From Euprymna scolopes (lineage: Eukaryota): a DNA stretch of 64,000 nucleotides. Under the pieces are notes generated by a model, which saw nothing but the letters and a program-made list of their open reading frames with translations, had not been told where the DNA came from and searched no databases. Of the stretch, positions 51,021-64,000 are shown piece by piece; positions within the stretch are counted from its first letter, which is position 1, and each line of letters opens with the position of its first letter. The translations under genes and the position numbers were made by a program. The stretch lies in assembly GCA_053919585.1 (NCBI GenBank), contig CM132784.1. The stretch is one strand, 5' to 3'.

Positions 51021-51690
51021 TACAAAATAGTGCGGAACGCCGTAAAGAAAACACTACAGTTTTATTTTAAAGCTTTTATTGAAAAAAAAATCAATTCGGA
51101 TAACTTGAATATGTAGTAGAGATGACATCTATTTAATGTAGCTACCTTCAGAGTTAATCGCCGCCTTGATACGGGTTCGGAATTGAGAGCACACCTTTTC
51201 CACAAGCACCGGCGCGAGCTAGACGAATACTCGGCGGGTGGCGGCGATCAGACTGGCTTAGGTATTGTGCAAGGTCATGTTGGTGATGTTCGCAACGTAT
51301 GACGATACGAATAGTCCAGCAGGTTCAGGTTGGGGGGGGCTGGCAAGTGAATAAGAGTACAAAGTCGTAGCATTCCTTCTGACGTCAAGCCTGGATCTCT
51401 TTGGACTTGAAGGCAGGCACGAAGTCATACTGCCACACTCAGGGTATACCAGCGACCACCTGATTGCACCAAGGGACCACCATACTCTTCAGTACCTCCA
51501 GGTACACTTTTTTATTGACTTTCAAGCTTACTTCCAAGCTGTGATGTGGCAGGATGTGGCCCTCGCTTGAAACCAAACCATAACCGTGGCTGGAAACTTT
51601 GTTTTTATCACCCTGTGTATGCTTCTGTTATTTATGGCAATCCAGCGATGTATTTTAAGGGTTCTGGTAAAAGTCCTTTTGTCATAATTT
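51021..51690 (-). mobile_element. maT/DD37D-like Tc1-mariner transposase 3' fragment
   Basis: TKFPATVMVW, KVYLEVLKSMVVPWCNQV, PNLNLLDY and FRTRIKAAINSEGSYI on the reverse strand. Its 3' end is shared with 28237-28375. Confidence 0.78.
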
Positions 51691-52018
51691 AGATACATTA
51701 GAGAGCATGAGTTGTACAACGGTGCATCTCCGATCTCGTTCATTGAACAGTGAATCACTTTCAGACATGATAAAAGGCTCCTATCGCTTTGGAGATTTGT
51801 ACAACTGGTCAAGTATTAAATAGTCTGCAGCAAAAAAGAAAACCGGTTTTTATCAAACGGAAATTGAATCATGTCGTCTTTTCTAGGGCGACAATTCTTT
51901 CGTTTCCTCTTATATATTGTTCATTTATTTTCAAATAGTTTTTATTTCGTATACAGAGTCATAGATCCTGTTTCTAGCCGAAAGACCATGTTTTTGATGC
52001 ACAAAGATTTCTATAAGT

Positions 52019-52178
52019 AGGGCTACGACAACAGCATATTCTTTTCATTCTTTTGACTCTCGAGTATATATCCGAAACAGTTAGACACGATTAATCAACC
52101 GAGAACCACATCGCTCTACATATAAACATATAAGATACCTGAAAACCAAAACAAGGAAAAAATATGCTGTTGTCATCT
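52019..52178. mobile_element. ~175-bp MITE, copy 2 (opposite orientation)
   Basis: Same TIR. The interior is the reverse complement of 38930-39010. Confidence 0.8.
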
Positions 52179-53504
52179 TAGACACAAGCTCGTTTTTTTT
52201 TATATAAAAAGTTCCACTTATCAAAAATAGATCAATCAGTATTAGAGCAAAAATATTGCTTTGATCTTGAATAATCTCTAACTCTCCACCGATCGATGAA
52301 ACATAACATTAAGTACATAAATTGAACATATACAACACTTTGCTACCGATCAAGGGGTCATACCGATACAAATACGTTTCGATTTTCTTTTTAAAAGGGG
52401 TAATTTTACAGCTCTAAATGACTACTTGAAAAGGAACAAAAGTGAAACAAACCAATGGAGAGGGAAGTAAGCAGGAAATAAGAATCGGAAACGGACTTCG
52501 GTTTCAAACGCTAAAATACGTCCGCACGGAAGTTCAGGTAAATTTTGTCGGACCAAGTTAAGCGGAACGATTCTTGACATCAAAAAGAAAAAAGAAAAAG
52601 AAAATCGTTTTCGGGCAGAAATCATTTTTATTCTTTAGCAGAAAAATTGTACAGCCTAGCTGTCCGCGCATGTGCTTTTGCACCAATGTTCAAAAGAAGG
52701 AAAAAAGAAATGGAATAAAAGAATGAACGGCAGCTGACTCTGAGCCAGAAACAATAGACGATTTTCTTGCTTTCTACAATGTAACTGAATATATGAATTC
52801 TAGATTTCGTACATGTCGGCCAGTGAGTTATGGAAAAAAATTATTCTAGATGACTAATGTAGCGGCTTACTTGACTAGAATAATCACGCAAGTACAACAG
52901 ATATATGTAAATACGCATCCGCAAGTATACACTCAAATATATAACTATGTTATTTTATATTTACCTCTGTTCCAGGGGGTTAGACACAAAGTAAATTGGT
53001 TTGATTAAAGTATTTATTAAAATGAATAGGAGTCGGTCTTTTAAATACCAAGACTTTAAATCTATCTCGTTAACCACTTAGCCACGGTCACCCTCTCCCA
53101 TATATAACAATGCTATATCTTGATTTTATGTAGGTGTGCATATATATGTATGTGTGTAAATAAAACAAAGTCAAATGATATAAATGTTCTCGATATTACC
53201 TTAAACCATATCCGATGGTGAGGCTCCGGCTTGCGGGCTTTGGGGAGTATGGAGCCACCCTTTAATTGCCATTGCTCCCATGTCCACTCTGACCCGGAGT
53301 GATAGTAACTATTAGGGTCCCAACTATGGGTTGAATAGGAACCGACTTAAAAAAAAAAAAAACAAATATACTCTATTAAAAAATTGTTCTTCAAAATCAC
53401 TGGATTCGGCATTAAATAACCTGAAAATTGTTGATATGCCGTAAAAAAAAACAACTAACCAACCAAATTATATAAAATACATTTTTATATTCTCTTACGT
53501 TTAA

Positions 53505-53807
53505 ATATCGATGCCTCCGTTCAGTTTCGAAAAACAAAGGATACCTCCTGTAGAGGCAGCTGCGCGTGTAATTGTGAGGCAAAGGTTGCGCAATCCCGAA
53601 ATACACACCTCTCCTGAATTTGCACTGTTTCGGTCCAGTGGCAAGGAGAAGTCCATGACGACTGGAAACAATGCCGAGATAAGCGGAGAGCATATACAAC
53701 ACCTGAAAGACCCAAATGGTCACCCATCTAGTACTGGCCAGGCTCACCATTGCTTAACTTCGGTTATCCATCGGGAACCAGTGTGTCAGCGTGATTATGC
53801 CGTATAT
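53505..53807 (-). mobile_element. 5S-derived SINE, body type I (most complete copy)
   Basis: 5S head 53692-53807. The body ends actgaacggaggcatcga, as in 4717-4734. Confidence 0.87.
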
Positions 53808-54877
53808 CATTATAAATGAGTTTTAATATTTGATGATGAATAAAGAAAAGTTTCTTTATTTATTCAGTAGTTGTGAAAATGAGGCTTTCCTCTTCAGAGG
53901 AAATAACCAGTAAAGTAATATTAAATGTTATGTCATTTACATTTATTTATATTTTTATATGTCTTTTATACTTTTAACTTTTTTTTCTGATGTTTTTATT
54001 TGAAATACCTTCGCTTTTTTTTTTGCCAATGAAAGATTAACTTTGTGGCAATATGATCCTTTTTATAAGTAGACTTGCAATGGGACCCGGCTTTACCCGG
54101 GATTGAATATTCAACACTTCCAATGTTTTCATTGCCATCGAAATTGGTGAAATCACCCATTTTTTTTTTCAATCAGATCGATTAATTGCCAGCTCTGGTT
54201 GGGGACCTACGACGGTGCACTGGAAGGAAGCTATACATACTTCCTGCAGCGACTTAGTCCTAAATACAGTGGCATCTACATTGTCTTGTGGAAAACCTAC
54301 GGTTGCTTTTATAAAATTATTTTTATATAATGGCTTGAATTAAAGTTTAAGATGCAGAAGGCACGTATCACAGTTTAACCGTGCTATAAACAGAAATATT
54401 AATTTCTAACGCGTCCTTGTCTTGTCAAAGAGCCTACTGTAAATTTTATATGTCGAGTCCTTCTGCTTGTGCTTTGAAAAAAATTTCAAAATTTACTTGT
54501 TAGGTTAGGTTGTATAAGGGCGTTTACTTTGATTAAAATCGGACTGTTCCTTCTTTAATCGGATTTTTTGATTATTGACTTTTGATAATTATCGGACGCA
54601 TTCAGATACAAAACCTTTCTAAGAATACTCCACCAGACTAAATTAGTCCCTGAACAACCAAGAGACCAACAGAAAAAAGATATGCTATATTATTTAAATA
54701 GTCAATAAGAATAGGGAAATTATGTTCTCAACGTTTTTACTAACTCAGTGTTTTAGATGTAGAACTTTAATGGAATATTTGAATATCTATGAATTTCATA
54801 TAGAGATCAAGTGTTAATCCTAGGCTCGGTGACCCTCAATTTCTAGGAACTTCGATTGGAGTAAAATAAAATAAAAG

Positions 54878-54914
<37 letters not shown>

Positions 54915-56266
54915 AAAATCTAAATCTCTAAGGTTCAATTTTTTTTAGAAATGTTTTCTTATTTACATAGTCTGTTTAGTTTGATGATAAACGTATACAT
55001 TTTCTGAGTTCTATGGAATGAGAAATAACTTCTATTGGTTTCCCTGTTATTTGAATATCCGACTTTGCAATAATGTAAATGTATTATCTATTAGCAGTTA
55101 ATTTTCTTATATAAAGTTTGAAAATATATTTGGTAATTAAGCTGCACAGAATTTTCTGACTTTCATCCACGTGATCCTCGTGAGGATGAAACGCGTAAAA
55201 TTCTGTGTAACTAAATTTAAAAACTTACTGGCTGGCTTTACTTACGTATCGAGCACTGTCGAAGTAAATGCTAGAATGTTTACATAAGATTTTATGCATA
55301 TACATAAAATATATACATAAATATGTATATTACAACCATTATATCCACAACAAGGATCGAATATTGAAATGCATGTAAGAGACAATTTATTCTGTTGGTT
55401 TGGCTGAGTTATACGCTTTCCTTTTTCATTAAATTTATAATTTTCCTATCCACAATATAGCGTCCTCATTCTCTTCCATATTTACTTTTTTCAGTTTTAT
55501 TCTTTTTGTTTTCTCTTTTATTATTTTCTTTTCACTTTCCGATTCTCATTTTTTTTTTATTTCTTCCTTTCTCTACTCTATATGTTCCTCTTTTTATTTT
55601 ACCTATATCTTTACCAACAAGCTTAGTTCCTAGGCAATGTACCGCTACTTGTTTTACCGTACGCAACTTCCGGTTTAAAAGTCAGCCATTTTCTTTTTTT
55701 CTTTTCCTAAATTAACGTTGGCTTTTATTTATTCATCAAATAACGAACATGGGTGAAAAAGAAAAGCATCATTTAAAATCAGTCAATCGCCAAGCCGGGT
55801 TCAGAATAAAGGAACCGGCTCTTACACTAATCGTTCCATATGTACATGATTGCAAATAAATTCCATTAATAATTCTTGGATGATCGTCAATGGTAAATCA
55901 GTGGCTCGTTAGTTTAATTTACATTGAATAATAATATTTTCATCTCTTTAACAAACTTCTTTTCAGTCTGTTCTATGCGTTATTTACAACTAGCAATAGC
56001 ATGCGTTTGAAGAGAGATTTATAGGATACTCTTGAATATTTTAATAAATAAGAAAGAATACAACACCCAACAATTGCCATATAGAACCAATCGTGGTCTT
56101 GTATATAAGTAGCTAACGTGCTAAGAGATGAGTATTGTTCCTAATAGCAAAGAGTATAAAAGTCTCTGCCTATTTCTCTCTCTTTATATATATATAATTA
56201 TAAAACTCTGCAGACCTTGCTTTGACAATAAGATTATTCCATCTTTACAAAAGGGTGGCAAGTAGT

Positions 56267-56313
<47 letters not shown>

Positions 56314-56431
56314 CGTATGAGCGTGGCTCAGAGGCTAAGAAATGAGGGCGGAGGGTTGTATGTTTTGGTTTCGATTCTAGCCGACGGCACTCAAGTATGT
56401 ATGCACACATATATATATATATATATATATA

Positions 56432-56653
56432 CAGGGTGACCAAAAAAAAACAGGACATTCAATTGTTTTTTTCTGAGCATTTTACAGTCAACAGAGAAAA
56501 AAGGCCAAAGACTCTAATGTTTTGATGTGATGTTTTGGATATAATAAACTAGTTATGATCAAAGTTTCATTTCATTCGGACAAAACACTAAGAAACGGGG
56601 CCTAATTATAGTTGGGACCCGTTTTTTTTTTTTTTTTTTTTTTTTGGCTCACC

Positions 56654-56656
<3 letters not shown>
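56432..56656. mobile_element. Tc1-type MITE inserted in a (TA)n tract
   Basis: CAGGGTGA-CCAAAAAAA...TTTTTGGcTCACCCTG with (TA)n on both sides. Confidence 0.8.
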
Positions 56657-56697
<41 letters not shown>

Positions 56698-57709
56698 CAT
56701 TGATCTAACTACTATATATGAGGTCCAATATAATAATCGATAGAGAAATGTCTCTATAATAATAAATACGTATTCCTCATGAATGAAAATATCATATTTA
56801 AACATATGTTACGACCGGGTGACCTGCTAGTATATATAGGTATATATGCATATATTCTTGCAGCAATCATGTCTTGCAGTTGCTGGAGATGGAATTTAAG
56901 AGGATGATTTAACTATAAAAAATATATGTAAAACATTTTAAGTGTTATAGTGGAGAATTGGTGCGTGTGTAATTTTGTGTTTCTACAGAATTTGAACCGA
57001 ATAAAACCGACTTTTGCAAACTAAACTTAATATTTGTTTGTATTTAAACTATGTAAGTACAAAAAATATTCTCAAACTTTAAAAGAACAGTCTAACTATA
57101 AAAATCAGTTTTATTTTCTTATTCGTTAACAAATTAAATACTGTTGAAAACATTATTAATGAACCTCAAAAAATCTTATATATATATATTAGCAGGTAGA
57201 CCAGACATTGCCCAGGATTGAATGATGATCAACGAATATTTCACACTCCTATATTTTTATTGTCATCGAAATCCGTGAACTCGCCAAGGAGAAAGCTTCA
57301 CATGCCTCCATACAGTAACTTAGTCCAAAATATATGTTATCCTACATTGCACTCTAGAGAACCTACTGTTTCTTTTATAAAATTATTTTATATAAACTTC
57401 TTTCTAGTTAACGAAAAAAAACATTAAGAAATTTATGTGCGGAGTTTAGAACCTACAAATCACGTCGTGCAAAAACAAAAAACAAAAAAAAAATGCTATC
57501 AACTTTCCCACAGTAGAATTTTCACAGCCCGTTGTTCTAACATTGTTGCTAAGCGACGACATGGAAAAAATTATTCGACTGATGATAGCTAAATTAAAAT
57601 GTCGGTGCCAAAACTTAACAAAGATCACTCCCAGTCTTATACACTAAAGTTCTGTAAATTTTTCAGAAAATATCTTCAGCCATTTCGGAGTCTATAAGGC
57701 AGGAACCCA

Positions 57710-57741
<32 letters not shown>

Positions 57742-58243
57742 GACAAAGTTGTATTTATATAATTGTAGAGCTATCTATTTGATAAACATCGGTTTTCAAT
57801 TTCCGATATCAAACCAAAAGCCATTACCAAGTAGGCACTTTCTATATTACAATAAAGATACTAAGTCACAGCGAAATTTCAACTATGATGAAAAAATATA
57901 GTCGGTATCTTTATAAATATTCAAGAACAAGCCAACTACAGAAAAACGATAACTTAAGTTCATATTTAAAAATTAAAAGAACGGTGTTTTTAACTTCGGA
58001 TATCCTCATTCATAAGCTTTTCTTCCTGATTTATAAAGATTGCGACTATATTTTCTTACCTAGTTTTAAGTGTTTCACGCTTACAATAAAACCTGATATC
58101 ATTCTAAAGTAAAAACCTTTAGTGTTTTGTTTTTGTTTTGTTTTTTAGTTGTTTTTTTATTAAAAATGAGCAAATAAGAAAGGATAAGTTGTTTGTCAAT
58201 AAAGCTGACACCCAATGCACTCTAAAGAATTCGTGTGACTAAA

Positions 58244-58244
<1 letters not shown>

Positions 58245-58300
<56 letters not shown>
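58245..58300. repeat. (TA)n microsatellite (many others, e.g. 2486, 5834, 25439, 35027, 35634, 56273, 56657)
   Basis: Direct reading. Confidence 0.97.
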
Positions 58301-58304
<4 letters not shown>

Positions 58305-58590
58305 TTTTTACATCGTCGGGGTTAACACAATTATGGGGGCTCGGATACCACTGTAAGAAGAGAGTTAATAAGTGTTAGGTAGACCAGTAATGGTGGATCT
58401 TAGGTAGGGCTTAATTATTTAAGAGGACGGCTCAAATGTAACTTATTTACATTAGATTTGAAAATGGCCGGCTTATAGTAACCTGGGAAGTTGACTTACG
58501 GTATTGTGTTCCACAGACGGGCAGTTCCAGAAAACTTCTGTTCATTGAACTTTCATTCAGTTTTTAGCAGGATAAAGAGTAAGGATATAA
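58305..58590 (-). mobile_element. Old CR1-group LINE 3' fragment
   Basis: Reverse strand reads TARLWNTIP...FPGYYKPAIFKSNVNK. Confidence 0.65.
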
Positions 58591-58608
58591 TTATGTTTCT
58601 GTACGCAA

Positions 58609-59005
58609 TATGACAGCATAATCATGTTGACATACAGGTTTTCGTTAGATCACCGAAGTTAAGCACCGTTGATCCTGGTCAGTACCAGATGAGTAACCAT
58701 TTTGGAATACCAAGCCCTGCATGTAGGAGGATGTCGACACCTCTTTCCTATAACTGCAAGAGCCTAACGTTATCATCTCGTCTGGCGGAGATATACATGC
58801 TTGTAAACTTGATATACGGCATATTCATTTTAACACCGGTTCTCGTGCGATCATCGAAGTTAAGCAACGTTGAGCCTGGTCAATACCAGATGGGTGACCA
58901 ATTTGGGCATTCCAGGCGCTGAATATAAGAAGACGTCGACACCTCCCTGCAAGAGTTGCAAAATTCCAATACAGTCATCTCCTCTAAAGGGGATATATAT
59001 GCAAC
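58609..59005 (+). mobile_element. Two tandem 5S-headed units, body type III
   Basis: Heads at ~58609-58725 and 58812-58925, each followed by gtcgacacctc...ctgcaagag...tcatctc...gatatatatgc. Period about 203 bp. Confidence 0.8.
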
Positions 59006-59985
59006 TGAGGACCGCTTGTGATTTTCATGCTTCCATGAAACTTCCTCCTTTGTAGGAATCCGGCTAAACCCGCATAGGGTTGGTGCCGTTTTTATTTCCA
59101 TTCTAAACTTGATATCCCCATGAAATTTCCCTCTGGTTCAATGAAACCGGAACGTTTCGGATCGACTTTAGAAATTTGATTGGGTTCGTTTTGTGATGCA
59201 TTTGTTTTTTTTTTGTTTGTTTTTTTTTGTTTGTTTTTCAATTCAGCACCTTAACACATAGAGCTAGCAGTTTTCAACTGTATATTACGAAACAATGAGT
59301 ACGTATTTGGAGAAAAGTAATCACATTAAAATATTAAGAAAAATGTTTGTTTTTTTTTTAATTTCTGAACTATTATGATGAATGGAAGTGCAAATGCATA
59401 CGAAATGTGAAATGACGTCACCGTAAGAATAAAGAAAAAGATTCTAAAAAAGAACGTGCGCAACAGAAAGAGGAATATGTTCGAGAGCATATTCTGGAAC
59501 ACGTTCAAGCTCACGTTAGAGATGGGGATGATGTGTGAGAGGACCTAGGTCAGGGAGAAGGAGCACGATCACGTTTTATTCGGGAAAATACCAGGAAATA
59601 AATTTAAAATAAAAATTAGTTATTTTCTTCTGTTTCTTGCGACGCACTCTGCTACAACATGGTGGGTCTATGTGTGAATGGGTGTAACGTTATAGTACCT
59701 GATATAATTAATGGAATATATCGACTTTCCTATTACAATAAATATTTTGTTCACTTACAATTTGATAATTATATGCAAAAAGATACACGGTTTCACAAAC
59801 AAATTTGCGTACTTAAAACGGATTTTTATACCCTTTTATTCTCGCATTATTTCTATATATATTATTTTTTCCAAGAAAACTCTACATTGAAGTTACCTAA
59901 TTTTTGTATTATACTGAGGGGGTGCTCAGTTGTAATATACAATTTAATATGATATTGTAATTATCTAGATTTCGAATTTCGATAA

Positions 59986-60393
59986 TCTATATATCTACAA
60001 AAGTGAAAGTGTCTGTGTGTGTACATTTCCCTACGCAATAACTCTGTCAATTTTTAGTCTACAGACTCGAAATTTGATATACAAGGTACTGACATTTGGG
60101 AAAATAGATGTGATCAGTTTTTGGCTAGAAATTTGGCGATTAAGGTGTCAATGTTCAACGATTTGACCTTTGAGAACTCTACCAAACTCCTCCAGCAATT
60201 TTGGGTCTAAACACTTGAAATTTTAGATATAGGTTCTTTGGACATGGATCTAACTTAATAACTTGATTTGAGTCTAAAACAATAAATTTTAAGGAGTCAT
60301 AATAGGGGTAAAATTTTTTAAAAATTGACCGCTTTTTTTTTCTTCTCAACATACACCTCCAAATACCCGGGCAACGCCGGGTACCCATTCTAG
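59986..60393 (+). mobile_element. Complete non-autonomous Helitron
   Basis: A|TC start, 3' hairpin acccgg-gcaacg-ccgggt (60365-60382), CTAG|T end, no TSD. The 5' part is also present at ~33230-33297. Confidence 0.8.
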
Positions 60394-61113
60394 TATTATT
60401 ATAAAGTTGTGATTTCAAAAATAAAAATAGTATTTCGGTGCCATCAGCTAGAATCGAAACCAAAATCAAAAATGCAGCATTCAAAGCTGACGACGTTACC
60501 ACTGTACCAATTTGACACACATATGAACTGATTAAAAATAAACTAAGACAAATGTACACAATTCATGACGATTTTTTCAATTTTGACCCCTTTTTGATAC
60601 CTTAAAAACTATTTTAATCGGCTAAAGATCCGTAAAAGAACGGTTAAAAAAATCCAATCATGTGAGGCCTCTAGCGCATCTCTGCGATATTTAGTTTCGG
60701 GGGAGATAGAGTTTGAAAATATGAGGACAGACAGACATACAAAAATCTATTTTAATAATTAGCTCTTTGTTATTAATGATTATTCCTATTTGACTATTTA
60801 GAAATATTATTTAAAGTTGATATTTTTAATTTTTTATTTAATTTATTTGGAATTATTATTAAACAATATTAGTTGCGTTTCAAAACAGATATAATATTTA
60901 TTTAAGCTATGAGAGTTATTTACAGTTTGATTTTCTAGATGAGGATGGATGTGTTCAACATGTGGTCGACTTACAGGAAAATCGTAACTTAAGTTAGAAT
61001 AGTCTGTGTATTTTAAATAATATGCGACTAAACTCTTCGTACGGCAATATCTTTCGACCTGGTAATGCCAGGTATATACAACTAGTGTTGTGAATAATAA
61101 GATACATTTGATG

Positions 61114-64000
61114 TTTTTTTTGTTTTTTTTTTACACAGTGATCACCACTTATCAAGGCCCGGAAGCCACTCAGAGATAAGGGTTATTGATAGTACATCAC
61201 GTTAGTGAGGAGATTTTATGAAGTGTTTAATTAGGGGGGCGGTTCATTAGGAATTTGTTAACATCAGACTTGAAGACATCCAAGTTGTAGTCCGGAGGGA
61301 AGCAGGCAGACGGAACAGAGTTCCACAGGCGTGCAGTTCTAAGAAAGAAGCTTTGCTCATGAAATCCGCGTTTTGATTTAGGCACAGATATAGAGTGGGG
61401 GAAATTTTTCACAGTGGATTCAGCTAGACGGGTGTTTTTCGTGAAAGATTGGCGAGGGGGGACCAGGGATTGGAGTTCAGACGAGCACCTGCCATGAAAA
61501 TAACGATAAAACAAGGATAGGCTCGCAACGTCTCTTCTGTGGGAGAGGGGTTGCAGGGTAGAGAAAAGGGCATCCCCCACTAAACCACGAAGTCTATTTT
61601 GTACTCTGTCAAGGCATGATAGGCTGTTTTTGGCAGCTCCTGCCCAGATATGGCAACAGTATTCCATCCTTGGCCGTACTTGGCTTTTATATAGATAGAG
61701 AATTGCATCAGTAGTGAGATATCTTCTGGAGCGGTAGAAGGATCCCACCATCTTTCCTGCGACCTTAGCAACAGACTTGATGTACGTGTTCCATTTCAGA
61801 TCAGGAGTAAAGGTCAAACCCAGAAGCTTGTCAAAACACGGGGCCTCACCCAGACGAGAGCCATCCATCACAATTGATGCCAGCTGGGGATCAGAGCGTT
61901 GATGATGTAAGGATAGGAGTTTGGTTTTGGATGCATTAAAGGTAACTAGCCACATCTTCCCCCACTGAACCACGCGCTCGAGATCAGAGGAGAGAGAATC
62001 CGAGAGAACTTCGTCATTTACAGCCTTTGATGTGTTGCCGTAGATGGTCGTGTCATCAGCATAGATGTCAACGAATGATTTAAGTATGTGTTTAGGGAGG
62101 TCATTGATGTAGATCAGGAAGAGAGTTGGGCCCAGGATTGACCCCTGAGGGACTCCAGCATTTATATTGCAGGCCTCCGATTTTTGGCCATCTACCACTA
62201 CTCTTATGAGCCTATCAGAGAGAAATGATTTAATGATTGAGAAAACATTTCCAGTTATACCGTAGCTGGAAATCTTGTGAAGTAGACCCTTATGCCATAC
62301 TTTGTCAAAGGCCTTTGATATGTCGAGAGCAATTGCCCTAGAAAGGAAGCCTTTGTCAAGAGATTCACTAATCCTGTGGGATATAACCGTCAGCACATCT
62401 GCGGTAGATCTTGCAGAGCGGAAACCATATTGTGTGTCACTAAGAAGGTTATTCCTGCTGAGGTGGTTGACTATTTCTCTATTTAATATTGATTCCAGTA
62501 ACTTACTCATAACACAGAGAAGACTTATTGGTCTGTATTGAGAGGGAGATGACTTATCACCTGAATTCTTAAATACAGGGCAAACTGAGGAGGTCTTCCA
62601 GGGGGTCGGAAAGCACTTCTCCTTAAGGCAGCGCTTAAATAGTTTCGTAAGTATGGGAGCAAGTTCTGGTTGAAGCTTTTTTAACACTATAATTGGGATG
62701 CCATCAGGGCCAGTTGCTTTACTGGAATCTAGGTTTTTTATTAGCTTGGCGACCTCATGCACGGATATTTGTATGTTACCTAGCTTGTTCTGTGTTATAG
62801 GAGGAAATATGGGGAGTTGATGGCCTTCGTCGCATAGGGTAGAATTAGCTGCAAAGTTCTTTGCAAATAGTTTGGCCTTGTCTGATGCTGACGAGATAAC
62901 CTCTGGTCCATTGATAATGGTTGGGATAGAACGCACACTTCTGTTCAAGATCCTATTTGTTATTTGCCAAAACTGGTGGGAACCAAGCCGCTGATCAGCT
63001 ACCTTGGATTTAACAGACTGGGCATATAGCTCTCTTGCATTTTTTATTACTCTTTTACAGTGGTTGCTGGCAGTCCTGAAAGCAGCTTTAGTCTCAGTGC
63101 ATCTATTACGTTGGTAGTTATGGAAAAAGTGATTTCTGTGCGCTATAGCAGCAGCACATTCTGGGGAGAACCATGGCTGGCTGTTAGGTTTTTGTTGGAA
63201 TTTTTTAGATGGTATGAATTGGTCTATGCCTACAATTAACCATTCGGTCAGATCTGATACTATAGAGGACACTTCCTTTTTAAACATGGAGTGCAGAGGT
63301 AAATCAGATATGAATGTACGGAAGCTATCCCAGTCAGCCATAGAGTATCGGTATACAGTACGGTGGAGGGGTACGTCTGATGGCTTCTTACATTTTGTTT
63401 TTATCTTAACTGATACGACGGAGTGGTCGGAGGATCCTAAAGGAGAATGAACGGTACATGAACATAGCTCAGGGGAAGTTGAAAGAAAAAGGTCTAAGAG
63501 GCTTGCATATTGATTGGGTGTATCGGGCACACGGGTGGGTTCGCGAACAATCTGAGTGAGGTCATAAGCAATGGCAAAATCATGACAAAACCTCCCCTCA
63601 TCATCTGTCTTATTTGAATGGGTCAGCCATTCCACGTTATGGACGTTAAAGTCACCACAGATGTGGATGTTAGCCGAGGGATGTGAAGAAGTCTATTTTC
63701 TCAGATATGCTCTTAAAGATAGTAACTCCGCTGTTGTGGGGCCTATAGAGGGCAAATATAAATACAGTGGTGTTAGCAAGTGCAACCCTGAAGCACATAT
63801 AGGGTAAATTAGGATCTTCTCTAGAGATATCCCTGCCACATGGGAAGCCATCCTTAATGTAGGCACATATTCCATGCCCATGGCGATCTTGGGAGTCAGA
63901 TTTAGCTGTTAAATTGGAGTATCCATTAATTATGAACTCATCTAGGGAAGTGGTCGGCCCTATTCCAGTTTCACATAGAAATAATATGTCCGGTTTCGTC
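61114..64000 (-). mobile_element. Near-intact CR1-group (Zenon-like) LINE, family A; 5' end lies beyond the window
   Basis: APE endonuclease motifs (PDILFLCET, GDFN, LDLF, GSSDH), RT motifs (YRPISLL, QYGFR, LDISKAFDKV, PQGSILGP, YADD), C-terminal YCCHIWAGA / HRRDVASLSLFYRYFHG, ~95-nt 3'UTR and poly(A), seen as a T-run at 61114-61132. Confidence 0.95.
61227..63690 (-). CDS. LINE ORF2 (endonuclease C-terminal part plus reverse transcriptase)
   Basis: The 802-aa ORF in the track extends upstream in frame through SSHPSANIHICGDFNVHNVEWL. The N-terminal endonuclease part (TKPDILFLCET...SISEKID) is in another frame above ~63690, giving one frameshift. Confidence 0.9.

Noticed and set aside
55160-55200. 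Hammerhead-like atcctc-gt-gaggat-GAAACGCGTA
   Set aside because: Has a hairpin, GAAA and a palindrome but no CUGANGA upstream.
44027-64000. Next receptor exon (W.D..L.W...W.PD)
   Set aside because: Not found by eye. It probably lies downstream of the window, but could be in the gap or have been missed.

Overview
AT-rich, repeat-dominated eukaryotic (animal) genomic DNA with one 214-N scaffold gap (44310-44523). The repeat families resemble those I associate with octopod cephalopods, but that assignment is inference only. The one host gene I can support is a Cys-loop nicotinic acetylcholine receptor-type subunit on the + strand, visible as two small exons (27469-27629 and a 45-nt micro-exon at 43982-44026) separated by a 16.3-kb intron. 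Its first coding exon is unresolved and later exons were not found in the window. Almost all ORFs in the supplied track are spurious or transposon-derived. The rest is a mosaic of repeats: about 13 CR1-group (Zenon-like) LINE copies including a near-intact one at 61114-64000, a decayed R4/Dong-like LINE, Tc1/mariner fossils, MITEs, non-autonomous Helitrons and microsatellites. The most unusual signals are: (1) a four-copy ~260-bp element with a tRNA-like Pol III head and a minimal type-I hammerhead ribozyme, intact at 45997-46038 on the minus strand; (2) a ~570-bp inverted duplication containing that ribozyme just downstream of the receptor micro-exon; (3) eight 5S rRNA-headed SINE-like copies with at least three different bodies; and (4) an out-of-frame signal-peptide-like ATG segment directly upstream of the receptor exon. 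Coordinates of decayed repeats are approximate and identities are estimated by eye.
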